64,000 nucleotides of DNA from an uncultured Actinomycetota bacterium. Lineage in GTDB: Bacteria > Actinomycetota > Actinomycetes > CAVWCF01. Positions 46,620 to 55,809 of the stretch are shown here, one piece after another (the first letter of the stretch is position 1; each line of letters starts with the position of its first letter). A program made the position numbers and the translations under genes. The stretch is from assembly GCA_963753435.1 (NCBI GenBank), contig CAVWCF010000001.1, positions 32,001-96,000 of the forward strand, in the 5' to 3' direction. Below the pieces are notes generated by a model. The model made no database searches. It was not told where the DNA came from and was given only the letters and a program-made list of their open reading frames with translations.

Positions 46620-48116
46620 CTAGGAAGACGCGGACGCTCGCGATGAGTCGTCGGCGGCTGCTTCCGGGTCGGCCACCCCGGGCGTCGAGCCCGGGTGCGT
46701 GCGCGTAAGCGCCAAGACACCGGACGCGGCGCCGACGCCGTCCGCCAGGCGGGTGACGGCATCGACGAGGTCGCTCACCTGCTCGTCCGCCAGCGCCCGG
46801 GAGGCGTTCAGCCGAAACTTCGTCAGCAGGTCTTCGCGGCTCAGCGGGTGCTCCGGGCCGCCGCGGGAGGAGTCCACGCGGTGTTCCAGCACCGTGCCGG
46901 CCTTGGTCGTCACTCGCAACACCGCGGCGAACGCGTTCGGGAAGATCTCCGTCGCCCGGTCGTCGGCGAAGGTGTAGACCTTCGCGGCCAGGTCCAACTT
47001 GTCCTGGGTGAAGGCACTGTCGGTGAAGTCGTCCAGGTAGACACCCAGCCCGCCGCCGCCGAGCAGTGCCGTGGCGACGGTGAACGGGCCGGAGAACTTG
47101 CCGTGATACGGCGACTGTGGGCGGATCTTGTCCGCGCGCGGCTCACCGATGGTGCGCAGTGTGGGTGCGGCGACCCCCAGGTCGATCCGTTCGATGTCGG
47201 CCGGGTCGAGCCCTGAATCCCGCAGTGCGAGCGCGCAATCGATCGCGGGGTGCGTGAAGTGGTTGGAGGGGTACGGCTTGTAAACGGTCCGGGTGAGCTC
47301 CCAGCGCTGCCGGAGCCCGTCAAGCAGGGCCGCAGCGTTGTACTTGCCGTCGAGGAAGGCGGCGAAGAAGCCGAAACGCCCCTCCAGGACGGTGGGGGGT
47401 CCGGTAACGCCTTCGCGCGCCAAGGCTGCGGCCGTCACCCCGGCGTGCGCGGCCCAGCCACAGTGAATCCGCTTCACGGTGCCACCGGTCCGGTTCGCTT
47501 CGATCACACCGGAGCCCATGGATGCGGCGATGCCCATGGCTGAGGACACGCCGTCGCTGTCCAGCCCGTAGAGCATGGCCGCGCTGGCCGCTGCGCCGAC
47601 AGTCCCGCAGATCGAAGTGGCGTGGAAGCCCTTCTCGAAGAAGACGGAGTTGCGGATCTCGGGGATGTAGGAGGCCATGCCGAGGCGGTTGCAGATCTCG
47701 ACGCCGGCAGCCACCGCGGCGGCGATGTCGGCGGCCTGCGCGCCCTGGGCCTCGCCGACTGCCAGTGCTGCCGGCACGATCGAGGCGGACGGATGCAGCA
47801 CGCTGGGCAGGTGCGTGTCGTCGAAGTCCAGCGCGTGCGCCAAGGTGCCGTTCACGAGCGCGGCGTTCGGCGCAGGCAGGCGCTCGTGGCTGGCGATCAC
47901 GCCGGCTTCCGGAGCCCCACCCCAGTTGGCGACCGTGCGCAGCACCGCCTGGTCAGGCTCGGTGGGGGAGTGCGACTCGGCGCGCCCGGCGAGGCAGTTG
48001 CCGAGCACGTCGAGGATGCGACCGCCGACGTCAGTGGCGACCTCGTCGGGAAGTCCGTCGTCTCGGCAGGAAACCGCGAACTGAGCCAGTAACTGGACCG
48101 GGGTCGCCTCAGCCAC
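46620..48116 (-). CDS. MmgE/PrpD family protein (second copy)
   Basis: NGTLAHALDFDDTH, GFHAT, KRIH.G, KPYPS and GKFS. Confidence 0.92.
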   Translation of the reverse strand: MAEATPVQLLAQFAVSCRDDGLPDEVATDVGGRILDVLGNCLAGRAESHSPTEPDQAVLRTVANWGGAPEAGVIASHERLPAPNAALVNGTLAHALDFDDTHLPSVLHPSASIVPAALAVGEAQGAQAADIAAAVAAGVEICNRLGMASYIPEIRNSVFFEKGFHATSICGTVGAAASAAMLYGLDSDGVSSAMGIAASMGSGVIEANRTGGTVKRIHCGWAAHAGVTAAALAREGVTGPPTVLEGRFGFFAAFLDGKYNAAALLDGLRQRWELTRTVYKPYPSNHFTHPAIDCALALRDSGLDPADIERIDLGVAAPTLRTIGEPRADKIRPQSPYHGKFSGPFTVATALLGGGGLGVYLDDFTDSAFTQDKLDLAAKVYTFADDRATEIFPNAFAAVLRVTTKAGTVLEHRVDSSRGGPEHPLSREDLLTKFRLNASRALADEQVSDLVDAVTRLADGVGAASGVLALTRTHPGSTPGVADPEAAADDSSRASASS

Positions 48117-48948
48117 CGGCGGCCGCCGCAACAACAGCCAGGGGCCGAACCGGTGCCCCAGTTGCCCCGACCACCCGGATCGGTGCCAGCACGAAGAGGA
48201 ACTCGGTGACGCCGGAATCCAGCAACTCCGTCAGGCGCATCGTCTCGATGATGTTGATCCCCTGCTCCACCAGGAACATCCGGTGCACCGGAAGCAGCCC
48301 GTGCCCGGCGCCGGCCTTGATCTGCTCGAACGCGATGGTCTCCCCGCCGGCAACGGTCACACCCCGGTCGATGAGCCATTGGGCCGCCTCGACCCCGGGA
48401 CCCGGCACGCCGTCGGACAGTCCGATGAAGGCGTCCCGCTCGTCCCAGCGCCGCGACCAGCCCGTGCCGATGAGCACTGCTTCGCCGGACCCGACTCGCA
48501 CGCCGGCGGCATCCTCGGCCGACTGCAGATCCGCTGCCGTCACTTCGTACCCGGCCGGCAGCGTGGCAACGCCGTGCACCCGGGCGACGTCCAGCAGAAC
48601 GCAGCGGCCGACATACGGAGTGAAGGTGTCGATCCCGTGCGCGGCAAAGCCTTCGTGCGACTGAATGTCCGCAGCCTTCAGGCCGCCGTACACCTCGCCG
48701 TCCTGGCTGACGTGGGCGAGCGCGTCAACGTGCGTACCCACGTGACCACCCGTGACGATGATCTCGTTGGATGCGGACCCACCGTCTTCGCGGACGTAGT
48801 CGCCGTGTCGGCGCACCAGCGCCATCTGGAACGGTGGATGGTTGGGCGATTGGGGCATGCCCCGTCGCATCGGCTGGGCCAGGTCGATCACCCGTGAACC
48901 GGCCAGGGCCCCCCACAGGTCGGCAGAAGTCGTCGGCATCGTGCTCAC
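48109..48948 (-). CDS. Cyclase family (kynurenine formamidase/isatin hydrolase-like) metallohydrolase
   Basis: HVGTHVDA motif, TGW, H..FL...GI.IIE and GATGAPVRP. Confidence 0.9.
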   Translation of the reverse strand: MSTMPTTSADLWGALAGSRVIDLAQPMRRGMPQSPNHPPFQMALVRRHGDYVREDGGSASNEIIVTGGHVGTHVDALAHVSQDGEVYGGLKAADIQSHEGFAAHGIDTFTPYVGRCVLLDVARVHGVATLPAGYEVTAADLQSAEDAAGVRVGSGEAVLIGTGWSRRWDERDAFIGLSDGVPGPGVEAAQWLIDRGVTVAGGETIAFEQIKAGAGHGLLPVHRMFLVEQGINIIETMRLTELLDSGVTEFLFVLAPIRVVGATGAPVRPLAVVAAAAGG

Positions 48949-50153
48949 GGCCCCTCCTTCACGATCCCGGCGTCCGCCAGGGCGTCGATTTCTTCGGTAC
49001 TGAGTCCCGCGCCGGCCAGCACCTCTCTGGTGTCCGCCCCCAGGGGTCGACCCGTCCACTGGATGCTGCCCGGCGTTTCGGAAAGGCGGTACAGCACGTT
49101 CTGCATGCGTACCGGACCCAACTGCGGATCCTGAACCGTCGTGATGGTGTCGAGGGCCTGGTACTGCGCGTCGTTGAAGATGTCGGTCACGTCGTAGATC
49201 GGGGCCACTGCCGCCTGGGCCTCCTCAAAGGCCTTGATCACGTCGTCAGCGTCGCGTTCGGCGATCCACGACCCGACGTACTCGTCGAGCTCGTCGGCGT
49301 GCTCAGCCCGAGTGGCCCCCGCCGCGAACCACGGTTCCTCGATCACCTCAGGGTGTCCGACCAGATGCATCACGCGCTCGGCGATCGACTGCGCCGACGT
49401 GGAGATCGCAACCCACCGGTTGTCGCGCGTTCGGTACGTGTTTCGCGGTGCGTTGTTCACCGAGCGGTTGCCGGTTCGGGGCTGCACGATGCCGAGTTGG
49501 TCGTAGACGATCGGTTGTGGACCCAGGACCGTAACGATCGGCTCGATGATCGCCATGTCGATGATCTGGCCGGTGCCGCCGCGCGCATCGCGGTGATACA
49601 GCGCGGTCATGATCGCTTGCGCGGTGGTCAGGGCGGTGATCCCGTCGGCCAGCCCGAACGGCGGCAGGGTCGGGGGACCGTCGGGCTCGCCGGTGATCGA
49701 CGCGAAGCCGCTCATCGACTCCGCCAGCGTTCCGAAACCTGGGCGGCTTGAGTACGGGCCGAACTGCCCGAACCCGGTGACCCGAGCGATCACGAGGCCC
49801 GGGTTGATCTCCTGAAGTACGTCCGGGCCCAACCCCCAGCGCTCCAGAGTGCCGGGGCGGAAGTTCTCAATCAGGACGTCGGTGTCGGCGATCAGCCGCT
49901 TGATTGCGGCCGCGCCCTCCGGCTTGCCCAGGTTCAGCGCGAGGGTCCGCTTGTTGCGCGCCAGCATGGCCCACCAAAGCGGAACGCCGTCCTTGCTGGG
50001 GCCGTGGTTGCGGACCGGGTCGCCCTTCTCCGGGTGCTCGACCTTGATCACGTCGGCGCCGTAGTCGGCCAGGATGGTGGCGGCCAGCGGGCCGGCGAAC
50101 AACGTTGCCGCGTCGAGAACGCGGATTCCTTCCAGGGGCTTGGCCATGGTCAC
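48945..50153 (-). CDS. CaiB/BaiF CoA-transferase (second copy)
   Basis: AGP.....LADYGADVIKVEHP, RNKR, ENFRPG and GFGQFGPY. Confidence 0.93.
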   Translation of the reverse strand: MTMAKPLEGIRVLDAATLFAGPLAATILADYGADVIKVEHPEKGDPVRNHGPSKDGVPLWWAMLARNKRTLALNLGKPEGAAAIKRLIADTDVLIENFRPGTLERWGLGPDVLQEINPGLVIARVTGFGQFGPYSSRPGFGTLAESMSGFASITGEPDGPPTLPPFGLADGITALTTAQAIMTALYHRDARGGTGQIIDMAIIEPIVTVLGPQPIVYDQLGIVQPRTGNRSVNNAPRNTYRTRDNRWVAISTSAQSIAERVMHLVGHPEVIEEPWFAAGATRAEHADELDEYVGSWIAERDADDVIKAFEEAQAAVAPIYDVTDIFNDAQYQALDTITTVQDPQLGPVRMQNVLYRLSETPGSIQWTGRPLGADTREVLAGAGLSTEEIDALADAGIVKEGP

Positions 50154-50203
50154 CTCCGACTACCCCGCACCCGCCCGGCTGGAACACCCACTGTCGACCG
50201 GGT

Positions 50204-50231
50204 GTTCCACCTAGCGGAACCGAGTTCCACC
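50204..50231. promoter_or_regulatory. Candidate IclR operator
   Basis: Palindrome GTTCC-ACCTAGC-GGAAC (50204-20); GTTCCACC repeated 20 bp downstream; lies in the divergent CoA-transferase/iclR spacer. Confidence 0.5.
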
Positions 50232-50335
50232 GTATCCGATCCAGAAGTATCTCACCAGGGGTCTTGAGGTCCGGACACGAGTGGCCGAGCCCGTGCGCGC
50301 ATGCCAAGGTATGCGCGCACACACGGGGGGATGCC

Positions 50336-51163
50336 ATGCCTGCTGCGCCGACACGCGCTGGAAGCCAGTCGATCGCGACCGTTGAACGTGCCGTGGACGT
50401 GCTCCTGCTGTTCACCAAGTCGCAGGCACGCACCCTCGGCGTCACCGAGATCGCCCAGCAGCTCGGCCTGTCCAAGGCGGCGGTGCACCGCATCCTGACG
50501 TCGCTGCGCAGCCGCGACCTGGTGTGGCTGGATGAGGAGGAGCGTCGCTACGCGCTGGGTCCGGCTGCTCTTGCCCTGGGGTCGGCGTACTCCACCCGGA
50601 TCGATGTGCGCTCGGCGGCGGTTCCCCAGCTGCGCCGGCTCGCGGATGCGGTCGGCGAGACCGCCACGCTGTCAGTGCGCACGGGGGATTCCCGGACCTA
50701 CATCGAACAGGTGACGCCGGCTCGGGAGATCGTGATGCGGGTGCCCATGGGGTCGAACTTCCCGCTCTACGCCGGGGCATCCGGCAAGGCCATCCTCGCG
50801 CACCTGACCGAGGCCGAGGTCGACCGCATCCTCGGTGGCGGCATGCAGTTCCTCACCGCGAACACGCCCACAGACGCCGGAGCCCTCAAACAGCAACTGG
50901 CCGAGGTGCGGTTGGCGGGACACGCGAGCAGCTTGGGGGAGCGTCAGTCCGGGGCGGCATCGGTGGCCGTGGCGGTGTTCGACCATTCCGGCGCACCGGT
51001 GGCGGCAATCAGCGTCTGCGGGCCGGCGGAGCGCTTCACGGCCCAGTTGGAGGTGGCTGCTGCCCTGCTGCCCGAGGCCAGTGCGCGGGTGTCAGCAGCC
51101 CTCGGGCACCATGGGCGCCGGTCCCGCGACGACGGCGCGGCACCCGAGCCGGTGGCCGGGTGA
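50336..51163 (+). CDS. IclR-family transcriptional regulator
   Basis: VERA.DVL, GVTEIA..LGLSKAAVHRIL, GETATL and GASGKAILA. Confidence 0.93.
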   Translation: MPAAPTRAGSQSIATVERAVDVLLLFTKSQARTLGVTEIAQQLGLSKAAVHRILTSLRSRDLVWLDEEERRYALGPAALALGSAYSTRIDVRSAAVPQLRRLADAVGETATLSVRTGDSRTYIEQVTPAREIVMRVPMGSNFPLYAGASGKAILAHLTEAEVDRILGGGMQFLTANTPTDAGALKQQLAEVRLAGHASSLGERQSGAASVAVAVFDHSGAPVAAISVCGPAERFTAQLEVAAALLPEASARVSAALGHHGRRSRDDGAAPEPVAG

Positions 51164-51217
51164 GCAACGACCGCCTTTGGACGGAAGGGGGTGAGGCCGG
51201 CTAGACGCCGGCCTGCC

Positions 51218-52654
51218 ATGGCTCAATACGACCTGCTGGTTAAGAACGGCACCCTGGTGCTGCCACGCATGGGGGAAACCCGCGCCGACCTGGCCGTGAA
51301 GAACGGCAAGGTCGCCGCGATCGGCGACGAGATCGACTCCGCGGCTGCCGACGAGGTGATCGACGCATCGGGTCGCCTGGTCATGCCGGGTGCCGTGGAT
51401 GCGCACTATCACCTCGGCATCTACCGCGACCTTGCCCTCGACGCCTTCGAGGAGACCCGCTCATCGCTTGTCGGCGGCGCTACGACGGTTGTTTCGTACT
51501 TCCGCACCGGTGCGCACTACCTCAACAAGACCGGCCCCTACGCCGAGATCCTGCCCGAGGTGAAGCAGGCGGTCGCCGGCCGGACCTGGACCGATTACGG
51601 CTTCCATCTGGCACCGATGACCGTCGACCAGATCGACGAGATCCCGATGCTCGTCAAGGAGCACGGCGTCACCTCGTTCAAGTACTACATGTTCTACAAG
51701 GGCTTCGACCTGGCCTCGAACTCCCGGGATTCGCGCGCATTCACGATGGGCGACGAATACGACCTCGGGCATCTGCTCCTCATCATGGAGAAGATCAATG
51801 AGGTTCAGGCGGAGCACCCGAACCTGCGCCTGAGCCTGTCGCTGCACTGCGAGCAGTCCGAGCTGATGCGCGTCTTCATCGACAAGGTGCGCGCGGCCGG
51901 CGACCCGCAGAACCTGAAGGCCTACAACGACGGCCGCCCCCCGTTGACGGAGCGAGTAGCCATCGGCGAGGCGACCACCATCGCCTCACACGTGGGTACG
52001 AACATCAACCTGCTGCACCTGTCCAGTTCGGATGCGGTTGCTGCTGCGGTCCAGGCGCGGGACGCGTACCCGTGGATCGACATGCGGTTTGAGACCACGC
52101 TGCACCACCTCTGCCTGGACTACGAAACGTTGGACGCCAAGGGCGGTCTCGGTGGCAAGGTGAACCCACCGATCCGTACCAAGGCCGACAACGAGGAGTT
52201 GTGGCGTCGAGTCGCCAACGGCGACGTGAGTTGGATCGCCTCCGACCACGCCTGCTGCATGGAGGAACTCAAGGGCGACCAGATCTGGCCCGCCAGCCCG
52301 GGTTTCGGCGGTACCGCGCTCCTGTACCCGGTTCTCATCAGCGAGGGCTACAACAAGCGCAAGCTGCCGCTGGGTCGCATCGCCGAGTTGGCCAGTGCCA
52401 ACCCGGCGGCGGCCTACAACCTGCCGGGCAAGGGCAACCTGATGGCCGGTTTCGACGCCGACTTCACGATCATCGACCCGGAGTTGGAGCAGACGGTCAC
52501 GACCGAGTTGTGCCAGTCCGGTCAGGACCACTGCCCCTTCGAAGGCGTTCCGTTGACGGGGTGGCCGGTTCTGACCGCGGTTGGCGGCGAAGTGAAGTTC
52601 CGGGACGGCGAGACAGTCGGCGAGCCGGGCGGCAAGTACGTCGCTCGCAACTGA
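51218..52654 (+). CDS. Cyclic amidohydrolase (dihydroorotase/allantoinase/hydantoinase-like)
   Basis: PG.VDAHYH, FKYYM (carbamylated Lys), LHCE, HLSS, KVNPPIR and ASDH. Confidence 0.88.
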   Translation: MAQYDLLVKNGTLVLPRMGETRADLAVKNGKVAAIGDEIDSAAADEVIDASGRLVMPGAVDAHYHLGIYRDLALDAFEETRSSLVGGATTVVSYFRTGAHYLNKTGPYAEILPEVKQAVAGRTWTDYGFHLAPMTVDQIDEIPMLVKEHGVTSFKYYMFYKGFDLASNSRDSRAFTMGDEYDLGHLLLIMEKINEVQAEHPNLRLSLSLHCEQSELMRVFIDKVRAAGDPQNLKAYNDGRPPLTERVAIGEATTIASHVGTNINLLHLSSSDAVAAAVQARDAYPWIDMRFETTLHHLCLDYETLDAKGGLGGKVNPPIRTKADNEELWRRVANGDVSWIASDHACCMEELKGDQIWPASPGFGGTALLYPVLISEGYNKRKLPLGRIAELASANPAAAYNLPGKGNLMAGFDADFTIIDPELEQTVTTELCQSGQDHCPFEGVPLTGWPVLTAVGGEVKFRDGETVGEPGGKYVARN

Positions 52655-52669
52655 CGCTCAACCTCAGTC

Positions 52670-52712
52670 CCAATACGAAAGGCCCCGCCGACGGCGGGGC
52701 CTTTCGTATTGG
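52670..52712. terminator. Bidirectional intrinsic terminator
   Basis: Perfect 20-bp inverted repeat CCAATACGAAAGGCCCCGCC-GAC-GGCGGGGCCTTTCGTATTGG between convergent genes. Confidence 0.9.
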
Positions 52713-52716
52713 CAAA

Positions 52717-53994
52717 TCACATGCCGTCGCCGTCCCAGCGGCCGCGGGAGCGGCTGCGCACCGGCAGCGAGGAGATGATGGGTGCGGGGTAGGGGTCGCC
52801 CTCGCTCCAGACCCGTCCGGCGCCCCAGTTGTGGGCGTTGACGTCGGTGCGCTCCTCCGGGTGCTCCAGCAACTTGGGGTCGCGTCCCCAGTCCGTGGTC
52901 GGCAGCGTCGAGGCGTCGACTTCGCCGTAGTGCACGTGGCCTTCCTCGCCGTGATCGTGCGAATGGTCGTGGGAGTGCTCGTGCCCGTCCCCGTGACCGC
53001 CCTGCAGGTTGGCTGCATCCAGAGCCTTGGCGATGGCCACCAGGGAGTGGTCGGTGCCCTGTCCGTGCTGCACGTACCCAGGGTCGGTGTTGCCCTGGTC
53101 CCGCTGCCACTGCGCGGAGTTCACCAGGTCTTTCAGGTCGGCGTCGGAACGCCAAGTGGGACCGCGACCGAGGTCGTAGGTCGACTGCGACCAGCGCATT
53201 CGCGCGCCGCCGGGCCCGTAGTTGACGGCCTCCGCACCCCAGCGGACCCACTCGTTCTGGCTGTACCAGTTGAGGAGTTCGCCGTCGGATCGCAGCAGCC
53301 AGGTGGCGCCGCCTTCCATGGTCGTGAAGTGACCGTGCTTGACGCGTGCCGGACGGAAGAAGTAGGTGCCCAGGTCCAGCGTTCCGAAGTTGTACTCCAT
53401 GTGGCCCTGGGTCGTGTACGCCTCTTCGTAGCAGGGGTGGTGGGCCAGCCGGTGGTCGGTCCAGCCCGCTGCGGCGTGCACGAGGCGGGTGTAGAAGCCG
53501 GTGATCGGGTCCACGTGCAGGTACTTGATGTACAGGCCGGGCATCGGGCCGGGGTTGGGGACCGCGTCCCACTGCATGCCCTCGGTGTCGATGACGATGA
53601 CGTCCTCGCGCGCGTCGTCCCAGCGCGGTGCGGCCACGGAGTCGACCGGATCGAAGCCGGCGTCGCCGTACTCGCGGTAGTGCAGCACCTTGGTGCCCTC
53701 GGCGAACCGCAGCGAGTCAGCGGGGACGCCCTTGGGCAGGTAGACGTAGCCGCCCTTGCCGATGACCTGGTCGCCGTAGGTCATCTGCCCGTCGAGGACA
53801 TAGAACTCGGTGTTGGCGTGGTGGATGCCGGGGCCGCGACCCCAGTCGGTGTGGAAGTCGACGCGGATCGAGGAGGAGCCGTCCTCTTCGTCAACTGACA
53901 GGCGGCGTTCGCTCGCGCGACCCTCGCCGCCGATGAGTTCCGCGCCGTGCCAGATGTAGTCGTCTTCGTGGATCAGTTCGACGTGAGGTCGCAT
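52717..53994 (-). CDS. Tandem cupin protein (DUF4437/ChrR-like) with a His-rich C-terminal extension
   Basis: GIHH...EFYVL.G and HHP.YEEAY...G...YFFRP..V.HG.F; tract HGDGHEHSHDHSHDH. Confidence 0.7.
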   Translation of the reverse strand: MRPHVELIHEDDYIWHGAELIGGEGRASERRLSVDEEDGSSSIRVDFHTDWGRGPGIHHANTEFYVLDGQMTYGDQVIGKGGYVYLPKGVPADSLRFAEGTKVLHYREYGDAGFDPVDSVAAPRWDDAREDVIVIDTEGMQWDAVPNPGPMPGLYIKYLHVDPITGFYTRLVHAAAGWTDHRLAHHPCYEEAYTTQGHMEYNFGTLDLGTYFFRPARVKHGHFTTMEGGATWLLRSDGELLNWYSQNEWVRWGAEAVNYGPGGARMRWSQSTYDLGRGPTWRSDADLKDLVNSAQWQRDQGNTDPGYVQHGQGTDHSLVAIAKALDAANLQGGHGDGHEHSHDHSHDHGEEGHVHYGEVDASTLPTTDWGRDPKLLEHPEERTDVNAHNWGAGRVWSEGDPYPAPIISSLPVRSRSRGRWDGDGM

Positions 53995-54027
53995 TTTTCA
54001 CTCCAATACGTCCGGGTAATGCAAACG

Positions 54028-55578
54028 CTACACCATGGAGCGATAACTGTCGCGCAGGTCTCGCTTCAGGATCTTGCCCGAGGCGTTGCGGGGCAGCGAA
54101 TCCACGGTGACGACGTCCCGGGGGATCTTGTAGCCGGCCAGGTCGTCCCGCAGGAATGCGTCCAGCGTCTCGGTGTCGAGCGTTTGGCCCGGCTTGGTGA
54201 CGACGAAGGCCACGACGCGCTCGCCCCACTTCTCATCCGGCGCCCCGACCACGGCCACCTCGGCGATCGCGGGGTGGCGGGCCGCCGCTTCCTCCACGTC
54301 GCGTGGGTAGACGTTGACGCCGCCGCTGATGATCATGTCCTTCTTGCGGTCCACGATCCGGATGTAGCCCTCTTCGTCCACTGTGACGATGTCGCCGCAG
54401 GTGAGGAAGCCGTCCGCAGTGGTGCACGCTGCCGTGGCTTCGTCGTCCTTCAGGTAGCCGTTCATCAGATATGGCGACCGGCTGAACAGTTCACCCGGCT
54501 CTCCCGGAGGAACGGGGTTGCCGTTGTCGTCGACCACGCGAACCTCGGTCATGAACCACGGGTGGCCCACCGAACCGGCCTTGCGGCGCGCGTCGGCCGG
54601 TCGCAGATTGGTGATGACTCCGCCTTCGGTTGAGCCGTACAGCTCGTGCACGCCCACGTGGCTGAACGTGTCGAGGACCCATTCCTTCAGCGGAATCGGC
54701 AGGGCGGCGGCGTTGAAGTACAAGGTGTCCAGACTGGACAGGTCGTACTTCGCGATCGTCTCCTCGCCGAGGCCCCGGATCATCTGGGCGTGGGTGGGTA
54801 CCAGGAACACCGACTGCGCCCGGTCCCGTTCGATCATGGCGAGCAAGTCCTCGGGGTTCCAGGCGCGCAGCATCGACACGGTCCCGCCGGTGAAGACCGG
54901 CGTATAGCCGAAAGCGAACCCTGCGCCGTGGTACATCGGGGCCACCGCGATGGAGACCCGACCGTTGCCCAGGCCCCATTCCATTGCGGATGCGTAGAAC
55001 GTCAAGGCCCGGGATCGGTGGCTGATCAGGACGCCCTTGGGCTTGCCGGTCGTGCCGGAGGTGTAGGCCACGCAGAACGGCGAGTTCTCGTCCACGTGGA
55101 TCTTCGGGTCCAGCGTTTCGGCGGCAGCCAGCGCCTGCTCGTAGTCCTCGCCCAGCGTGGTGCCGTCAATGCTCAGGCAGGTGCGCAAGCCGCCGGCAGC
55201 CGCGTCAGCGCTGGCGGCAGCGCCGGCGAGCGCCTCATCGAGGATCAGTGCCTTCGCCTCGGAGTGCCCGACGATGTAGTCGACCTCCGGCGCCGTCATG
55301 CGCGGGTTCAACGGCACCATCACCAGGCCTGCCTTGGCAATGGCAGCGGCGACCTCGCAGTACTCCATCCGGTTGCCGAGAAGGACGGCAATGGCGGTGC
55401 CGGGCTGTAGGCCGGACCGGATCAGGGAGTTGGCAAGACGGCTTGATCGCTCGTCCAGTTCCCCGTATGTCTGGCGTCGATCACCGTCGATCACTGCGAT
55501 CGCATTCGGCGTCGCGGTTGCGAACTCTCGCACTCCGCTGACGATCGACAACGGTGCACCACCTGCGGCCAGTGCCAT
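54028..55578 (-). CDS. Acyl-CoA synthetase (ANL/AMP-binding)
   Basis: YTSGTTGKPKG, YGSTE, GD, RKKDMIISGG.NVYP and PRNASGKILK. Confidence 0.93.
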   Translation of the reverse strand: MALAAGGAPLSIVSGVREFATATPNAIAVIDGDRRQTYGELDERSSRLANSLIRSGLQPGTAIAVLLGNRMEYCEVAAAIAKAGLVMVPLNPRMTAPEVDYIVGHSEAKALILDEALAGAAASADAAAGGLRTCLSIDGTTLGEDYEQALAAAETLDPKIHVDENSPFCVAYTSGTTGKPKGVLISHRSRALTFYASAMEWGLGNGRVSIAVAPMYHGAGFAFGYTPVFTGGTVSMLRAWNPEDLLAMIERDRAQSVFLVPTHAQMIRGLGEETIAKYDLSSLDTLYFNAAALPIPLKEWVLDTFSHVGVHELYGSTEGGVITNLRPADARRKAGSVGHPWFMTEVRVVDDNGNPVPPGEPGELFSRSPYLMNGYLKDDEATAACTTADGFLTCGDIVTVDEEGYIRIVDRKKDMIISGGVNVYPRDVEEAAARHPAIAEVAVVGAPDEKWGERVVAFVVTKPGQTLDTETLDAFLRDDLAGYKIPRDVVTVDSLPRNASGKILKRDLRDSYRSMV

Positions 55579-55720
55579 CGCCTAACCCCCTCGAATCGGT
55601 GGCTCATCGAAACACGCAGCCGCCGCGCGGCGGTATCCGGGTCGGCCGCTCACCCCGGTAGCCGAGGTGAGCGGTGGGGGACGGCCGCCGACACGCCCGC
55701 TGCTCGTGGTGCGCAGGGGG

Positions 55721-55769
55721 TTGACGGTGGGGGAGAGTGGAGTACGGTGGCGCCACTTGGAGGGAGTGG
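55721..55769 (+). promoter_or_regulatory. dcw promoter with MraZ-binding direct repeats
   Basis: TTGACG -35 at 55721 and TACGGT -10 at 55743; GTGG at 55727, 55737 and 55747 (10-bp period), TTGG at 55757 and GTGG at 55766. Confidence 0.72.
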
Positions 55770-55809
55770 CCGGGTAGACCGGTCATGTGGGGCGAAGGGG
55801 AGGTGGCCG

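Noticed and set aside
32630-55720. Catabolic island as a mobile element or a natural-product biosynthetic cluster
   Set aside because: No integrase, transposase, tRNA or flanking direct repeats were spotted, and there are no carrier-protein, PKS or NRPS genes. The enzyme set and GntR/IclR control favour catabolism.
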